A model generated the notes under the pieces. That model did no database searches. It saw only the letters and a program-made list of their open reading frames with translations, and had not been told where the DNA came from. A DNA stretch of 64,000 bases from a virus. Taxonomy: Duplodnaviria; Caudoviricetes. Each line of letters opens with the position of its first letter. The stretch's first letter is position 1. Positions 61,089-64,000 of the stretch are shown piece after piece. The DNA is taken from positions 1 through 64,000 of the IMG/VR virus record IMGVR_UViG_3300021256_000072. One strand, 5' to 3'. The position numbers and the translations under genes were made by a program.

Positions 61089-61708
61089 GTAAATTATCAA
61101 TTTTTAAAGAATCCATCTTATCAGGTGCATTCATTGGTTTGGCAGGAATAACGTATCTTTCTGTTGGTGGAATCCCAGGAGCCGTAGGGTTTTCGTTAGG
61201 ATTAGTTCTAGTATGTTTTTACAGCTCTTTCCTATATACGGGAAAAGCAGGCTCCTATCCAACAAATGATGGGGTACTGAACTTTATTGGTACTGTGTTC
61301 GGATTAATACTGGTAGGAAATATTGTTGGATGTGCATTAATTGGTTATTGTGCATCTAATTGTGCCAGTCCTTTAGCATCAGATTCTCTTTCTAAAATCG
61401 TAGAGAATAGAGAATCTTCCCAAATTTTTACAACTCTTATTAAATCTATTATGTGTGGAATAATAATGGATAATATAGTAAGAGCATATAAATTAACAAA
61501 TAACCCAATTCCTATTTTACTTGGCGTTCCAGCTTTCATACTATGTGGGTTTTATCATAGTATAGCAGATAGTTTTTATTATTCATTTGCACTATTTTCT
61601 GGAATTCAAGTTGGAACCGGGTGTTTGATAACTTGGATTGTTTCTATTATTGGAAATTTTATTGGTTGTAATTTTAAAAGGATCTTAGATTATGGAGATA
61701 GTTACTAA
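61085..61708 (+). CDS. Formate/nitrite transporter (FNT) family channel
   Basis: About six hydrophobic segments; LYTG, GNIVG, IMCG, FILCGFYHSIAD, GNFIG. Confidence 0.8.
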   Translation: MSKLSIFKESILSGAFIGLAGITYLSVGGIPGAVGFSLGLVLVCFYSSFLYTGKAGSYPTNDGVLNFIGTVFGLILVGNIVGCALIGYCASNCASPLASDSLSKIVENRESSQIFTTLIKSIMCGIIMDNIVRAYKLTNNPIPILLGVPAFILCGFYHSIADSFYYSFALFSGIQVGTGCLITWIVSIIGNFIGCNFKRILDYGDSY

Positions 61709-61955
61709 ATTCAATGTCGGTGATAAAGTGTATTTTATGTATGACAATGGAATTTATGGAGGAACAGTACGATGCATAAAAGCGAGTATATTCCCCCAAG
61801 ACACAAAACTTAGTCCAGAACATGAAAATTATGGGGTAATTTTCAGAAAAGGCGGCCAGGATTTAGGTCTGGATTTCAATGTTCGTGAATTATTTGAAAC
61901 TCCTGATGACGTGGCTTGTGGATTATTAGTCGAGTATCAAGAGAGAACAAAATAA
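61692..61955 (+). CDS. Small hypothetical protein
   Basis: TKFNVGDKVYF SH3-like start. Confidence 0.7.
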   Translation: MEIVTKFNVGDKVYFMYDNGIYGGTVRCIKASIFPQDTKLSPEHENYGVIFRKGGQDLGLDFNVRELFETPDDVACGLLVEYQERTK

Positions 61956-61958
61956 ATT

Positions 61959-62000
61959 AAAAAAAAAATAAGAGGGAAATTAATCTCTCTTATTTTTTTT
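61959..62000. terminator. Bidirectional terminator
   Basis: A-run-taagaggg...ctctctta-T-run between convergent genes. Confidence 0.65.
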
Positions 62001-62002
62001 GT

Positions 62003-62575
62003 TTAGCTAAAGACAAATCCAGCTATAATATCAGTTCCTATTGCAGTTCCAGTAATAGTACTTGGATAACTAGGAATATAAGACATCTTCAAATCCGATA
62101 ATATACTATTTGCCATTGCATCAAATATACTACTATCAGAATTGTAAGCATTTAATAAAACCTCTCTTCCCCAAGTTAAAGTAAGCGAAGGAAATACAAC
62201 TATTGGAGCTATTGGAACTGTGACACTGGTATTTATTATTGTAGTCGTTTTTATTCCGGTATATATAGAATTCATCCAAGCTATCCATTCTATATTTCCA
62301 TCACCGCCTTTAGGATCAGAACATATAGTAGTAACCGATCTTAATCCTGTAGCAAGTAATTTACCATTAGCTACAGGGCTGGTAATTGGTGAGAATGGAG
62401 TTGCTATCAGGTTACCAGTAAAGTTGCCTGAAAAACTAACCTGTTGCTCTAAGTAATCCGCAATAGCATTAACTAAATTTATCATTAATGTAGTTGGAGT
62501 AGACTCAGTAACTTTGTCTAAATAACTGCAAGCTTCCTCTAATTTTATTCCAAGTACACTAGTGGCTTTTGTCAT
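62003..62575 (-). CDS. Hypothetical protein downstream of the spike gene
   Basis: 190-aa ORF overlapping the spike stop. Confidence 0.65.
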   Translation of the reverse strand: MTKATSVLGIKLEEACSYLDKVTESTPTTLMINLVNAIADYLEQQVSFSGNFTGNLIATPFSPITSPVANGKLLATGLRSVTTICSDPKGGDGNIEWIAWMNSIYTGIKTTTIINTSVTVPIAPIVVFPSLTLTWGREVLLNAYNSDSSIFDAMANSILSDLKMSYIPSYPSTITGTAIGTDIIAGFVFS

Positions 62576-63165
62576 AATATATTATTTATTGTTGAGGATA
62601 CATGAGGGGCACCAGTAAATGGACAAATTGGAATTCCACAAAACCCTCCTTGGCCATCTGCATTAGAAACTCCTCCATTAGTTTTAAAAGTAGCATTAGA
62701 AATAGCGATATTATTTCCTCCTCCATCGATTGAAATATCATCATCAGCTTTTATATCTATTTTACCAGCTGATTCTACACTTACATTTCCATCAGAGTCG
62801 ATTACTACCTTTGTTTTCATTTTAGGAGTTTCGTCATCCTTATATGCAGAATCTTTATCAAATACTCCAATTGTGATAGTATCAGGAGTTATAGATATAC
62901 ACTTTCCTGCTGCTCGAATTCCAATAAAATTGTTTTCCTTAAGCTTGTAGTAGGTGAAGTAAGATTTATACATTTGATCCAAGCATTCTAATATTACTGG
63001 ATCTCCGACTTTGGGCTCATCTAATTCACAACTTTTTGGATAAGCTAATATTCCTTCCATAACTCCAGGAACATCAACTATAACTTCTCTATGCTCTTTA
63101 GATTTTTTAAGCAACTTGTGATTATCTACTGCTACTACTATGCCTAAATAATAATTGTTATTCAT
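62572..63165 (-). CDS. Baseplate central spike (gpV/gp5-like)
   Basis: OB-fold-like YYLGIVVAVD...PKVGDPV, beta-helix-like repeats, C-terminal CPFTGAPH tip. Confidence 0.7.
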   Translation of the reverse strand: MNNNYYLGIVVAVDNHKLLKKSKEHREVIVDVPGVMEGILAYPKSCELDEPKVGDPVILECLDQMYKSYFTYYKLKENNFIGIRAAGKCISITPDTITIGVFDKDSAYKDDETPKMKTKVVIDSDGNVSVESAGKIDIKADDDISIDGGGNNIAISNATFKTNGGVSNADGQGGFCGIPICPFTGAPHVSSTINNIL

Positions 63166-63170
63166 TTTCT

Positions 63171-64000
63171 TTACATATTATTATCTTTGTCTAAACCATA
63201 AATTTCAGAAGTAACTGAAAAAGCAAGATGTTTATTATCAACAGCTCCTTCTGCTCCTTGGCCTGTCCAGAAGATCTTAAAACTTCCTATTAAATAATTC
63301 TTTGTTACTAATTCAGGAAGTGGCTCACTCTCTTTATCTGCCTTAGTAATACCTCCTCCTATTGTGGTTATTTCTACGACATCTCCTATTCTATAATCTG
63401 GGAATGTTAATGATTTGATTTCACCATTTGAATAGAATTTCGAAGCATAATATCTTGAATTATAACTAGAAGCTTCCATTAATGAAGAGAATCCTTTAGA
63501 AAATATATTATACGAATCCCTATAAATCCTAGAAGAAATATTTACTGGAGAATACTTTGAATAATCTTTTTTAGTAAGATTTTCAGGAAGGTCTTTACTT
63601 TCTTTTTCCCAAGGATCATAAGCGTCTAAATTTAATAGGGGTGATATGGTTCTTATTGGGAATCTAGTAAATACTCTCGTTTTTCCAATAAACACTTTCA
63701 ACTTATTACTATCTTCTAGAATAGAGCTTGATATATCTCTAATAAAAAGATTACCACTCATATTATAACCAAAGATAGTAGCTGGTCTCCATCCTAGTGC
63801 TAATTTATTACAAAACTCTTGACCGGTTTCATTAATTTGGTTTATAGGCAAAGACGTAAGATCAGATACTGGCTCTACATTAGTATCGTACTCAGGAAAA
63901 TAAGTTCCTATAGCGTCTTCTATATTTCCATAAGATTGAGATACTGGTTTTGTAATAAATTCATCATTTCCCTGTGCAGTGCATATAAAATTGATATCTA
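63171..64000 (-). CDS. Probable baseplate hub protein, 5'-truncated by the window edge
   Basis: Frame stays open from 63851 to the window end; position upstream of the spike; YRIGDVVEI motif. Confidence 0.5.
   Translation of the reverse strand, partial: DINFICTAQGNDEFITKPVSQSYGNIEDAIGTYFPEYDTNVEPVSDLTSLPINQINETGQEFCNKLALGWRPATIFGYNMSGNLFIRDISSSILEDSNKLKVFIGKTRVFTRFPIRTISPLLNLDAYDPWEKESKDLPENLTKKDYSKYSPVNISSRIYRDSYNIFSKGFSSLMEASSYNSRYYASKFYSNGEIKSLTFPDYRIGDVVEITTIGGGITKADKESEPLPELVTKNYLIGSFKIFWTGQGAEGAVDNKHLAFSVTSEIYGLDKDNNM

Noticed and set aside
26429-62456. Short ORFs nested in the large structural, helicase and FNT genes
   Set aside because: Fully or largely overlapped by long, better-supported genes, with no recognisable motifs.
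1-64000. Stop-codon recoding (TAG to Gln) as in Lak-type megaphages
   Set aside because: ORFs up to 8 kb are open in the standard code and several genes end cleanly in TAG (e.g. 12979, 38443, 39740).

Overview
AT-rich segment of a large tailed-phage genome, probably a contractile-tailed jumbo phage of a Bacteroidota host (inferred from leaders without Shine-Dalgarno sites and TAnnTTTG-type promoters). It uses the standard genetic code. Left part (1-24 kb, mostly + strand): 17 paralogous DUF285/BspA-type repeat genes built from a 24-aa (72-bp) unit, about 120 units in total by manual count and 3-13 per gene. Most sit in a hairpin + promoter-motif + leader cassette, with visible traces of module exchange, fusion, deletion and frameshift. 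A ~7-kb block of small phage genes interrupts the array. At the array's right edge a ~50-nt structured element with its own host-consensus promoter resembles the abiF RNA antitoxin motif, yet no toxin gene is adjacent, so it is a candidate anti-defence decoy RNA. Right part (24-64 kb, - strand): a baseplate/tail module with spike, gp25-like and wedge genes and giant tail-associated proteins, including a CotH-like kinase/LRR protein next to a metallophosphoesterase protein and a GT2 glycosyltransferase. A + strand island (inverted repeats, SF2 helicase-like gene, formate/nitrite transporter) splits this module. All family calls come from motif recognition by eye; no database searches were run.
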